Both the position numbers and the translations under genes were made by a program. 64,000 bases of DNA from Candidatus Moraniibacteriota bacterium. Lineage in GTDB: Bacteria > Patescibacteriota > Minisyncoccia > Moranbacterales > GWC2-37-73. The stretch is taken from positions 142,132 to 206,131 of the forward strand of contig DNVR01000019.1 in the NCBI GenBank assembly GCA_003507445.1, written 5' to 3'. This document shows positions 1 through 8,914 of this stretch, piece by piece. The notes beneath the pieces are model-generated. The model was not told where the DNA came from. It made no database searches and worked only from the letters and a program-made list of their open reading frames with translations. The stretch's first letter is position 1. Each line of letters begins with the position of its first letter.

Positions 1-2
1 CA

Positions 3-71
3 GTTCAGCATCTGCATGCCCAATTGGTTGTTTCTGCCGGCCAAGAGCCTGTTATTACAAGAGTTGGTTGA
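3..71 (+). CDS. 3' end of a probable HIT-family nucleotide hydrolase (partial, runs off the window)
   Basis: Frame 3 reads VQHLHAQLVVSAGQEPVITRVG-stop; HxHxQ resembles the HIT motif; followed by a terminator-like hairpin. Confidence 0.5.
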   Translation, partial: VQHLHAQLVVSAGQEPVITRVG

Positions 72-92
72 TAAAAGAAATTCAACGAAGCA

Positions 93-120
93 AAAAGACC
101 ACCATATTGGTGGTCTTTTT
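93..120. terminator. Bidirectional intrinsic terminator
   Basis: AAAAGACCACCA-TAT-TGGTGGTCTTTT between convergent genes. Confidence 0.75.
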
Positions 121-128
121 GCATAATG

Positions 129-977
129 CTATTTGACCAGAATAAGTTCTATGCCTGCATTTTTAAGAATATCTTCTGCATCAGAAAGGGAATATCCCTC
201 CTGATAATAAACTTTTTTGATCCCAGCTTCAGCCACCAACTTGGCGCAAGTTGGACAAGGAAATGTGGTGACATATAAATGGGTGTTATTTAGGCTTATT
301 CCGTCTTTGGCAGCCTTTCCGATCAAAGATGCTTCCGCATGGATAGAGTTTGATAAGTGATGATTTTCGCCAGCATCAAAGCACATTCTTAAATCTCCAT
401 AAACAGCCATATTTTCCTGTGTTGGGACATGTCGATTGAATGCCGAAAGTATTATTAAACCTTTTTCGTCTGTAACTAGAACACCGATCTGTCTCCACCA
501 ATTGGCACTTTTTTCCTTCAGTTCATCAGTCTTTTTGATAAGTTCTTGGTGAGCCTTTTCATATGTAATTGTTCTGTCACTGGAAATTTCTAATTCCTGG
601 GTTGATACTGGCTTGTTCCATCTTAAAAATACATTTTCAAATTCAACTTTTTTATCGGAAAGGAATTTTTCTGCAAACCAGTGAGACACGTCCTCATCGG
701 GCATAATAATAGAAACATTTTCCAAATCCGTTAGTTTTTTTAGGTTGTCTGAAGTTAGCAGGTCCACCTTTTTAAATATGTTTGATTTTGCAATAAAATC
801 ATAAATCGTCTCTTGATCTATAGTCCTAAGATCTCTTTGCAGATTGACAAACTTATCCCATTTTTCAAGAATGGTATTATCTAGGATATAAAGATGATCT
901 GGATATTTTTTGAATAGTTCCAGATATTTAATATGAATAACAGGAACCAAGGCAATTAATATTTTTTTTTCAGACAT
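129..977 (-). CDS. dCMP/cytidine deaminase-family zinc protein with ~130 aa N-terminal extension
   Basis: HAE and PCPTC zinc motifs, GIKKVYY at the C-terminus. Confidence 0.85.
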   Translation of the reverse strand: MSEKKILIALVPVIHIKYLELFKKYPDHLYILDNTILEKWDKFVNLQRDLRTIDQETIYDFIAKSNIFKKVDLLTSDNLKKLTDLENVSIIMPDEDVSHWFAEKFLSDKKVEFENVFLRWNKPVSTQELEISSDRTITYEKAHQELIKKTDELKEKSANWWRQIGVLVTDEKGLIILSAFNRHVPTQENMAVYGDLRMCFDAGENHHLSNSIHAEASLIGKAAKDGISLNNTHLYVTTFPCPTCAKLVAEAGIKKVYYQEGYSLSDAEDILKNAGIELILVK

Positions 978-987
978 TGTTTTTTTG

Positions 988-1575
988 TTATGCTTTTTTG
1001 TTGTATAAAAATTTCTCTATCACCGTATGTAATTCTTTGGCAAGATCTTCAGCTCCTTTAATGGTCAATAGTCTTATTCTTGCGCTGGTTGAAGTGGTTG
1101 ATTGTGGCTCAAGATTTACAATTTCTTTGCAGTATGGAGTGTGTTGCTCGCATATCTCCTCAAGAAAACTTTTGCCCTTTTTGCTTGAAGCTGTACTTTC
1201 CGAAATAACTAAAACATCGGGCTTTATAGCCCTAATTAATTTTCCATGATCCGTTTTTGATTCTTTCATTACTATCAAATCAACATGCTTTAAGTGGGAT
1301 ATCATCTTGACTCTTTCAGTCTCTGGTACTATCGGGCGAGTCGGTCCTTTGCGATGCTTCACTACTTCATCAGTATCAACTCCAACAATCAATATATCGC
1401 CAAATCCCTTAGCTTTTTGAAGATATTGAGCATGTCCTTCATGTATAAGATCCCACACGCCCTGAGTTAATACAACTTTTAGATTGTTTTTTTTGAGAAG
1501 AGTTGCAATTCTCCCTATATCTTTTGTGGCAATAAGTCTTCCACTTCCCAAAATGCTTGATATTTCAATATCCAT
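988..1575 (-). CDS. Cytidylyltransferase/adenylyltransferase family protein (RfaE domain II/TagD-like)
   Basis: GVWDLIHEGH (HxGH), LIVGVDTD, KGPTRPI, STS. Confidence 0.85.
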   Translation of the reverse strand: MDIEISSILGSGRLIATKDIGRIATLLKKNNLKVVLTQGVWDLIHEGHAQYLQKAKGFGDILIVGVDTDEVVKHRKGPTRPIVPETERVKMISHLKHVDLIVMKESKTDHGKLIRAIKPDVLVISESTASSKKGKSFLEEICEQHTPYCKEIVNLEPQSTTSTSARIRLLTIKGAEDLAKELHTVIEKFLYNKKA

Positions 1576-1752
1576 AAGTCTTACCGTGATTAATTTTTTG
1601 TATAGCTATATTAGCACTCAGATACGATATTGGCAATGTGGTCAAATTTGTACTGGTGTTAGGATAGTTAAAATCTTAGAGAGAGGAGAAATGTCTTTGC
1701 AATGCGTATTTTTGTATGATATTATTAAAAAAGTTAAATGAACAAAAAAGTA

Positions 1753-2241
1753 ATGAATAATCCAAAAATCAGCATAATTTGCGCCATTGCGGAAAATCGG
1801 GCCATTGGAAAAAACAATGACTTGCTTTGGCATATTCCGGAAGATTTTAAGCACTTCAAGGAGAAAACCATGGGACATGTGATTGTGATGGGCCAAAAAA
1901 CCTATGATTCGATCGGCAAACCTCTGCCAAACAGAACGACAATTGTTTTGTCCAGCGACCCAACTGTGAACATCGAAGGGGTAATTATGGCACGAACTTT
2001 TGATGAAGTTTTTGCAAAAGCGCGCGAGCTTGAAAAGGAGGAAGTTTTTATTTGCGGTGGTGGCAGTGTTTATGCGCAAACAATTGGTATGGTGGATAAA
2101 CTTTATCTTACAGTCGTGAAAGGAAATTTTGAAGCAGATGTTTTCTTTCCAAAATATGATGAGTTTAAAAAAGTTGTTAGCCAGAGGAAAAGCAGCGATG
2201 AAAATTTTGAGTATACATTTTTAGAATTAGAAAAGGAATAA
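1753..2241 (+). CDS. folA: Dihydrofolate reductase
   Basis: IGKNNDLLWHIPED, MGQKT, PLPNR, CGGGSVY, ADVFFP; start could be 1738. Confidence 0.97.
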   Translation: MNNPKISIICAIAENRAIGKNNDLLWHIPEDFKHFKEKTMGHVIVMGQKTYDSIGKPLPNRTTIVLSSDPTVNIEGVIMARTFDEVFAKARELEKEEVFICGGGSVYAQTIGMVDKLYLTVVKGNFEADVFFPKYDEFKKVVSQRKSSDENFEYTFLELEKE

Positions 2242-2245
2242 TAAT

Positions 2246-2854
2246 ATGAAAAAAACAAATGAAAATAGGGATATTGAATTTTTTTATGAAATAGGTCAAC
2301 TGCGTCTCATAAATAGGATGTGGAGAAGATTTTTTCAATCAGAAACTTCCAATGTTGCTGAACATACACTCAGGGTTATTTGGGTCGCCCTTGCTTTGGC
2401 AAAGAAAGAAAAAGTTGTAAATGAAGAAAAGGTGTTGAAAATGGCGTTGGTTCATGATATTACAGAGAGCAGAACTGGGGAAGTCGATTACATTTCGCGG
2501 CAATATGCAGACTTGAAAGAGGAACTGGCAATTAATGATATGTTGAATGATACTGTTCTAGAAGAAGATTTTCTTGAGGTATGGAAAGAATATGAAAAAA
2601 GAGAATGTATAGAAGCAAAAATAGTTAAAGATGCTGACAATCTCGATGTTAATTTGGAATTGATGGAGCAGCGAATCCAAACTATTTCTGATAAATTTAT
2701 AAAGCCAAGAGAAGTTCTTGTGAAGCCAAAATTATATACAAAAACTGCAAAAAAATATTGGAGTTTGATTTCCACTGCCGATGTTCATGACTGGCATGTT
2801 CTTGGACGAAATAGATTTAATGAAGGTGATTGGAAAAAGAAATCTAAAAAATAA
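2246..2854 (+). CDS. HD-domain phosphohydrolase (YfbR/5'-deoxynucleotidase-like)
   Basis: NVAEH, ALVHD, RTG, IVKDADNLD. Confidence 0.85.
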   Translation: MKKTNENRDIEFFYEIGQLRLINRMWRRFFQSETSNVAEHTLRVIWVALALAKKEKVVNEEKVLKMALVHDITESRTGEVDYISRQYADLKEELAINDMLNDTVLEEDFLEVWKEYEKRECIEAKIVKDADNLDVNLELMEQRIQTISDKFIKPREVLVKPKLYTKTAKKYWSLISTADVHDWHVLGRNRFNEGDWKKKSKK

Positions 2855-2867
2855 TAACCATAAAATT

Positions 2868-4394
2868 ATGTCAAAATACATTCCTGTCATCGGTATGGAA
2901 GTTCACGTGGAGCTTAAAACTCACTCTAAGATGTTTTGCAATTCTAAAAATGGACTTGGACTTGAGAAAAAGCCAAATATTCATATTTGTCCTGTTTGCA
3001 CAGCTCAACCCGGAACACTTCCGGTGCCAAATCAGCAAGCTATTGAGTTTGTGCAGTTGGCCGGTCTTGCACTGAATTGCGAGCTGAATTTGAAGTCTAA
3101 ATTTGACCGTAAAAACTATTTTTACCCAGATCTTCCAAAGGGTTATCAAATCTCGCAATATGATCAACCACTTTGCGGGCTGGGGCATATGGATATAGAA
3201 GTTGAAAGTCAAAAGTCAAAAGTCATAAAGCGCATTGGGGTTACGCGAATTCATCTCGAGGAGGACACAGGAAAGCTTATTCACCCCGTAAAATCGTCTG
3301 CTGACGATCACGGGGCAGGTCCCGAGTGTGGTTATACTCTGGTGGACTATAACCGCGCTGGAGTGCCTTTAATGGAGCTTGTGACGGAACCTGACATTGA
3401 AAATGGGGAGCAAGCTCGGATATTTTGCACCCGACTTCAGCAAATTTGCCGTTACTTGGGCATTTCTGATGCTGATATGGAAAAAGGCAATATGCGCTGC
3501 GAAGTTAATCTCTCACTGCACAAGGAAAATGAGGAAAAACTTAGTGGAACAAAGGTTGAGGTTAAAAATATCAACTCTTTTAGGTTTGTGGAAAAAGCCA
3601 TTAATTATGAAATTGAGCGTCAAACTGAGGCTTTGGAAAATGGAGAAAAAATTGTTCAGGAAACTCGCGGCTGGGATAGCGTGAAAAATGTGACAGTGTC
3701 GCAAAGAAAAAAAGAATCCGCACACGATTATCGATATTTTCCAGAGCCGGATATTCCTCCAATGGAATTTACTGAGGAATATGTGGAAGGATTAAAAAGA
3801 AAACTTCCTGAGCTTCCTGCTGCGAAAGAAAAAAGATTTGCCGAGGAATATGGCTTGAAAATGGATGATATTTTGATTTTAACTGCCCAGGCTGATTTGG
3901 CTGAATATTTTGAAAATGTTATCAGTGAAATTAAGGAGAAAATTGCATCTCACGAAATCGTGGCAACTGAAGAAAAAGTTATTAAATTGGCTGTGAATTA
4001 TATCATTTCAGAAGTTCGCAAGCATTTGGCAGAGAATAATCACGACATTCGTGATCTCAAAATTTCAGCTGAAAATTATGCTGAGTTTATTGGAATTGTG
4101 GCGGATGGAAAAATAAACTCTTCTGCTGCACAAACCGTGCTCAAAGAAATGTATCACACTGGTGGCGATCCATCTCAAATCATTGAAGAAAAAAATCTTG
4201 GACAAATGGAGGATAGCAACGAATTGGAAATAATTGTGGATAAGGTTCTTTTGGGTAACCAAAAATCAATTGATGATTTTAAAGCTGGGAAAGATAATGC
4301 GCTTAAATTTTTGATGGGGCAAGTGATGAAGGAATCAGGCGGCAAAGCAAACCCACAAGTTGTGATGGAAATTCTTAAGAAAAAATTAATTTAA
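2868..4394 (+). CDS. gatB: Asp-tRNA(Asn)/Glu-tRNA(Gln) amidotransferase subunit B
   Basis: PVIGMEVHVEL, FDRKNYFYPDLPKGYQISQ, HLEED, DYRYFPEPD, GKANP. Confidence 0.98.
   Translation: MSKYIPVIGMEVHVELKTHSKMFCNSKNGLGLEKKPNIHICPVCTAQPGTLPVPNQQAIEFVQLAGLALNCELNLKSKFDRKNYFYPDLPKGYQISQYDQPLCGLGHMDIEVESQKSKVIKRIGVTRIHLEEDTGKLIHPVKSSADDHGAGPECGYTLVDYNRAGVPLMELVTEPDIENGEQARIFCTRLQQICRYLGISDADMEKGNMRCEVNLSLHKENEEKLSGTKVEVKNINSFRFVEKAINYEIERQTEALENGEKIVQETRGWDSVKNVTVSQRKKESAHDYRYFPEPDIPPMEFTEEYVEGLKRKLPELPAAKEKRFAEEYGLKMDDILILTAQADLAEYFENVISEIKEKIASHEIVATEEKVIKLAVNYIISEVRKHLAENNHDIRDLKISAENYAEFIGIVADGKINSSAAQTVLKEMYHTGGDPSQIIEEKNLGQMEDSNELEIIVDKVLLGNQKSIDDFKAGKDNALKFLMGQVMKESGGKANPQVVMEILKKKLI
3282..3320. 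repeat. CCCCG..CGGGG palindromic element in frame inside gatB
   Basis: CCCCGT/ACGGGG outer stem plus ATCGTC/GACGAT inner stem; related copies at 34908, 54497 and 58226. Confidence 0.7.
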
Positions 4395-4409
4395 TTAATT
4401 AAAAATAAT

Positions 4410-4931
4410 ATGGGAGAAGTTAGATTCATACAAGGATATAATCCTGAAGCAGGAAAAAAGGTTGGAACAAATAGAGATGACTTGGAGTTTCATAAGAATC
4501 AGGCTGCTATCACTGCTGCTTATGAGCAAAAAAAGAAAGAATTGAAAGAGAGAACTGAGGAAACGGCTAGATTAAAAAGGGAAATGGGTGGTTCTGATAT
4601 TTCAATTTCTCCAGAAACAGATGAGGTGCGAGAGGTTATGCATGAAAATTTCAAAGTGTCGTTAGCTTCAGTAGAGACGGATATAAAAGATGCAGTAAAA
4701 TGTGCTAGAGAATTAAAAGAGGATGTAAGCGATAAAGAAGATGCAAATTATGAACTCAAAATTCACTTGCAAGGAATAAGAATTAAGGATTTAGACGGAC
4801 GTCTTCAAAGTCTGCAGGAAATATACAAAAAAGATGAATTCCCAGAATTTCTGGGTAGACTCAAGGATGCGCTTATGATGCTTGATGTTTTAAAAACAAA
4901 TAGTAAATTTGAAAATAAAAAAAGAGCATAG
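4410..4931 (+). CDS. Hypothetical coiled-coil protein
   Basis: 173 aa ORF 15 nt after gatB, followed by a terminator. Confidence 0.7.
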   Translation: MGEVRFIQGYNPEAGKKVGTNRDDLEFHKNQAAITAAYEQKKKELKERTEETARLKREMGGSDISISPETDEVREVMHENFKVSLASVETDIKDAVKCARELKEDVSDKEDANYELKIHLQGIRIKDLDGRLQSLQEIYKKDEFPEFLGRLKDALMMLDVLKTNSKFENKKRA

Positions 4932-4946
4932 AAATTTTACTTAAAG

Positions 4947-4980
4947 AAAAAGGCGAACTGTGAATCCAGTTCGCCTTTTT
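4947..4980. terminator. Bidirectional terminator
   Basis: AAAAAGGCGAACTG..CAGTTCGCCTTTTT between convergent ORFs. Confidence 0.8.
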
Positions 4981-4992
4981 ATTGAGAAGTTT

Positions 4993-5355
4993 TTATTCCA
5001 TTTGGAGAGTGAATGCCCCGGCGCATTCTCTTCCACTGTCTGTTAAGTACAAAAAAATTTTTGTAGTTTTTGTTATTTTTGTACTTAAATTTGCTGGAAG
5101 AGGGATGGTAAGTTTTAAGTCAGCTTTTGTTTTCAGGATTACTTCCGAAATTGGCAGTTTTGCATTTGATAATGTTGTGCCTATTCCTGATTCAAAAATA
5201 ACCGTTTTCCCATTAGTAAGACGCAAGCAAACACCTTGAATTAACGAAGCGATGTCGACCGCTGGATGCAAATCAATCTTTAGTGCAACCTCTTTTATGG
5301 TAAAGGTTATATTCTTTGCGCATTTGCCGATTGTTGCTCCTATTAAACTTGACAT
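4993..5355 (-). CDS. Hypothetical protein
   Basis: AGGAGGTGA SD before ATG at 5355, TTGACA/TGnTATAAA promoter upstream, terminator downstream. Confidence 0.65.
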   Translation of the reverse strand: MSSLIGATIGKCAKNITFTIKEVALKIDLHPAVDIASLIQGVCLRLTNGKTVIFESGIGTTLSNAKLPISEVILKTKADLKLTIPLPANLSTKITKTTKIFLYLTDSGRECAGAFTLQME

Positions 5356-5443
5356 TCTAATCACCTCCTTTCAGGTTGATTTTAAATTGGGAAAAAGCTA
5401 AATTGCCGACCTTTATTTATAGCAGATTTTAAGTATTTGTCAA

Positions 5444-5510
5444 CCCCACACTAACTTTTTCGCTTATTCTGAAATTAGTGCTTTGCACTACGAAAAAGTT
5501 AGTGCGGGGT
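5444..5510. repeat. Palindromic MITE/REP-like element
   Basis: ACCCCACACTAACTTTTTCG..CGAAAAAGTTAGTGCGGGGT terminal inverted repeats. Confidence 0.7.
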
Positions 5511-5729
5511 CAAGGAGTGGATAAGTCAATTTGTATTGGAAATGTGGTGGGTGTATAATGATTTTAATGAGTAAAATAACACAGGAAAAAAACTCAATAA
5601 ATTCAAAAGAAATGTGATTGAGAGTCGCCAGTGATGGTGATTTTTTTTGAGCAAAAAACGGTTCTTTAAAAAGCGCAGTTAACCTATAACAACTTGGGTA
5701 CTGTGATACCCAAGAAAGGGGCGTGAAAG

Positions 5730-6107
5730 ATGAATAAAATAAGCAATATTGTAACAACAGAGTGCAGATGTGACCACTATAGTCTTTGTTTTTCTGCGGG
5801 GGCTGGTTGTACTACAAAATCTTCAATGGCATCATGTGGTACTGCTATTGAAGTTAAAGAGTTGGCAACAAAGTGGCCCTGTCCTGCGGTTAGAAGTGGT
5901 CATTGTGAAATTCCAGATTATCTCGTTTTGGTGAAAAGGGGCGTGCCTTGTGGAGAGGAGAATAAGTGCTTTCTTATTGAATTTTTTAAGGGGCTTATTC
6001 CTCCTCAAGATTTTGTTTCCACAGGCAAGCTTCCTGAAACTTACAAGCGACCACGAGCTAAAAAAAGCAACATCTTAAGAATCCTTAAAGAGGTTGGGAT
6101 GAGGTAA
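5730..6107 (+). CDS. Cysteine-rich hypothetical protein
   Basis: 125 aa ORF, AAAGGGG SD-like site, TGTATAAT upstream. Confidence 0.6.
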   Translation: MNKISNIVTTECRCDHYSLCFSAGAGCTTKSSMASCGTAIEVKELATKWPCPAVRSGHCEIPDYLVLVKRGVPCGEENKCFLIEFFKGLIPPQDFVSTGKLPETYKRPRAKKSNILRILKEVGMR

Positions 6108-6118
6108 TGTGTTTATTT

Positions 6119-6146
6119 AGAGGTTGACCGTATACGGTCAACCTCT
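6119..6146. repeat. Perfect 28-bp palindrome between convergent genes (REP-like, possibly a terminator)
   Basis: AGAGGTTGACCGTATACGGTCAACCTCT. Confidence 0.7.
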
Positions 6147-6153
6147 TTAAAGT

Positions 6154-7083
6154 TTAAAGAAAATTTTTAACTTCTTTTTCAATATCTTCATACTTGTCTA
6201 GCCAGATAATGTCTTTGTTTCGTTTAAGCCAAGTCATTTGGCGCTTGGCAAAATGGATAATGTCAAAATATAAGAGCTTTTTCATCTCATCTAGTCCAAC
6301 CTTATCTTGTAGAAATCTTGATATCCAGCGATATTCCAAGCCAATGCGCTCCAACCATTCGTAAGTCACTCCATTTTTTTGGAGACTTTCCACTTCCTGA
6401 ATCATACCCTCATCAAAACGTTCATTAAGGCGTTTTTGTATTTTTGCATTTAATTCTTCTCGCTCAGTCTTTATCCCAATTTGCAAAAAATCATATTTTT
6501 TAACTGACAACTTACAACTAACAACTGACAACTTTGGAACTTTGCCTAGTGCTTTGCATATTTCAATTGCGCGAATGAGGCGCACGGGGTTTTTTGCATC
6601 AATATTTTTCGCGCGCTCAGGATCAAGTCTTCTCAATTCTTCAAAAAGCTCCTCAGTTGTTTTGCTACGTAACATGCTACGTAGCAGTTCGTCGGGTGCG
6701 ACTTCAGGTATAATTGTGTTATTTGTGATTGAATCAATCCAAAAATTTGTTCCACCACAAATGATTGGTATTTTTCCTCGTCCAATAATTTCTCCAATTA
6801 TTTTTTCAGCATCTTTTTTGAAGTGTGAAATATTATAATCTTCCATTGGCTCCGCCACATCAATCAGATGATGTAAAACATTTTCTGAAACAAATGCTCC
6901 ATGCTCCATACTCCATACTCCATCAACTTTTCCTGAACCAATATCAAGACCCTTATAAACTTGTCGGCTGTCAGCCGAAATTATTTCTCCATTAAATTTT
7001 TGAGCAAGTTTAATAGCAACTCCGGATTTTCCAGAAGCTGTGGGCCCCATAACAACAATGATTTTTGGTGCTTGTGTTTGCAT
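6154..7083 (-). CDS. miaA: tRNA dimethylallyltransferase
   Basis: GPTASGKS, ISADSRQVYKGLDIG, RLIRAIEI, FAKRQMTW. Confidence 0.97.
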   Translation of the reverse strand: MQTQAPKIIVVMGPTASGKSGVAIKLAQKFNGEIISADSRQVYKGLDIGSGKVDGVWSMEHGAFVSENVLHHLIDVAEPMEDYNISHFKKDAEKIIGEIIGRGKIPIICGGTNFWIDSITNNTIIPEVAPDELLRSMLRSKTTEELFEELRRLDPERAKNIDAKNPVRLIRAIEICKALGKVPKLSVVSCKLSVKKYDFLQIGIKTEREELNAKIQKRLNERFDEGMIQEVESLQKNGVTYEWLERIGLEYRWISRFLQDKVGLDEMKKLLYFDIIHFAKRQMTWLKRNKDIIWLDKYEDIEKEVKNFL

Positions 7084-7084
7084 A

Positions 7085-8521
7085 TTATTCTGCTCTACCT
7101 TCTAAGTTCCAAATATTGGCTTTAATAATCTTAACCTTCACAAATGTTCCGATTTGAATTTTTTTGTTAGAGACGATCTTTACATTTTTTTGCGTTCTGG
7201 TTTTCCCGAAACATATAAAACTCTTTCTTGACGCGTTGTCAGCAGCAGTTGATTTTACGCGTTCAATTAATACTTCAAAGGTTTTGCCGACATATTTTTT
7301 GTTATTTGCAAAGGCGGTTTTCTTGAGAATTTCATTGAGATAATTTTCTCGACGCGCCTTTTCTTTTTGAGAGACATTGTCTTTCATTTTCCATGCCACT
7401 GTTTCAGGTCGGGGAGAATATTGTCCAAAAAATACCATATCAAATTTCGATTTTTTCATTACCGCGGCCGACTCAAGAAATTGTTTTTTTGTTTCACCGG
7501 GAAAACCCACGATAATGTCGCTGGAAACACTAATCAACACCGATTTTCCACGGATTTTCACGAATGCTTTTCTTATTTTTTTGATTTGCTCTAAATAATG
7601 TTTTTGGGTATATTTTCGATTCATTCTTCGCAAAATTTCATCATCCCCGGCTTGCACTGGCAAATGAATCCATTCACAAACCTTTTTGCATCTTGCCACT
7701 GTTTCAATTAGTTCATCAGTCATATCCTTTGGATGCGAGGAAACAAAACTAATCCAGAATTTTCCCGGAATTGAATTTATTTTTTTTAACAATTTCGAAA
7801 AATTAATTTCTTTCTGAGTATTTTTTGTTGATAGTTGATAGTTGATAGTTGTGGGTGATTTATAGCTATTCACATTTTGTCCAAGTAGTGTGATGCTTTT
7901 GTATCCTTTTGCGACTAGGTCTTTAATCTCTTTGATTATTTCTTCGGCAGGACGAGAAACTTCGCGTCCTCGTGCATTTGGAACAACACAATAACTGCAG
8001 AAATTATTGCACCCAGTCATTATAGGGACATAAGCGGCATAATTGCTACTATATTTTGGATTAATAGAGAGATATGCGATGTTTTCTTTGTTGGTGATTT
8101 TATTTGGTGCCGCAATTTCCAATTTCCAATTTCCAATTTCCAAATAATTTTCAATGATCCAATTTTCAAATTCCCTAATATCTTTAACGGGGAAGAATAA
8201 ATCAACTTTTGATTTCATTCTTTTTTGAACATCGGCGCGGTTGGCGAGGCAACCAGTCATCACAATAACTTTTGACTTTGCATTTTCTTGTTTTGTTCCA
8301 TGCTCTATGTTCCATGTTTTATGCTTTTTGCGTAAGTTGTTAATCATACTGTACGCTCGATTTTCGGCAGTTTGTTTTATTCCACAAGTATTGAAAATTG
8401 TCAAATCAGCTTCTTTGATGTTATCAGTAACAGAAAAATTATGTTGCTCTAAAAAAGCAGCGATTCGCTCGCTGTCGCTAACATTCATCTGACAGCCAAA
8501 TGTTTTGATAAAATATTTCAT
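7085..8521 (-). CDS. miaB: tRNA-i6A37 methylthiotransferase
   Basis: TFGCQMN, NTC, GCNNFCSYC radical SAM motif, DIIVGFPGET, YSPRPET, TRAM-like tail; adjacent to miaA. Confidence 0.95.
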   Translation of the reverse strand: MKYFIKTFGCQMNVSDSERIAAFLEQHNFSVTDNIKEADLTIFNTCGIKQTAENRAYSMINNLRKKHKTWNIEHGTKQENAKSKVIVMTGCLANRADVQKRMKSKVDLFFPVKDIREFENWIIENYLEIGNWKLEIAAPNKITNKENIAYLSINPKYSSNYAAYVPIMTGCNNFCSYCVVPNARGREVSRPAEEIIKEIKDLVAKGYKSITLLGQNVNSYKSPTTINYQLSTKNTQKEINFSKLLKKINSIPGKFWISFVSSHPKDMTDELIETVARCKKVCEWIHLPVQAGDDEILRRMNRKYTQKHYLEQIKKIRKAFVKIRGKSVLISVSSDIIVGFPGETKKQFLESAAVMKKSKFDMVFFGQYSPRPETVAWKMKDNVSQKEKARRENYLNEILKKTAFANNKKYVGKTFEVLIERVKSTAADNASRKSFICFGKTRTQKNVKIVSNKKIQIGTFVKVKIIKANIWNLEGRAE

Positions 8522-8609
8522 AAATAATCATGCAACATATAACATATAGCAAAATACAATAATTGTAGAAAGGGTAATGGAGCCGCGGTTGCGACTCCAT
8601 TGAGTAAAC

Positions 8610-8876
8610 TCATTTCATTGGGGTTTTCGGGAAAAGCGTAGTTTTTGGAAGTGTCGTTTTTTCTGCCAATGTTGTTTTGGGTAGGGATGTTTTTGGCAAA
8701 ATACTTTTCGTTTTTTCTCTGTGTCCTTTTGGAGCTTTTTTCTTACCAGTTGTTGGAGTGGATGTGTAGCATCTTTCCCCAATTGGTATAGGTTTTCCAT
8801 CTGGCAGGTGCAAGCGACCCTTTTTAAGCGTTATATCACATTGTTCTTCACCATCTAAAAATGTGCCTGTAGACAT
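8610..8876 (-). CDS. Small basic hypothetical protein with LPKTT repeats
   Basis: GGAGGTG SD; hairpin terminator at about 8576-8602. Confidence 0.55.
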   Translation of the reverse strand: MSTGTFLDGEEQCDITLKKGRLHLPDGKPIPIGERCYTSTPTTGKKKAPKGHREKTKSILPKTSLPKTTLAEKTTLPKTTLFPKTPMK

Positions 8877-8914
8877 TGGACACCTCCATTATTGAGATAA
8901 AATTAAGGTACTAA

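Noticed and set aside
1642-2079. Numerous antisense or alternate-frame ORFs over core genes
   Set aside because: Shadows of well-supported genes with no motifs of their own
2781-2867. Longer starts in the ORF track (gatB 2781, NUDIX 11605, 19936, holB 29353, 57386, 59926, rpmG 62035)
   Set aside because: The extensions overlap upstream genes or run through repeat arrays; downstream starts fit the families better
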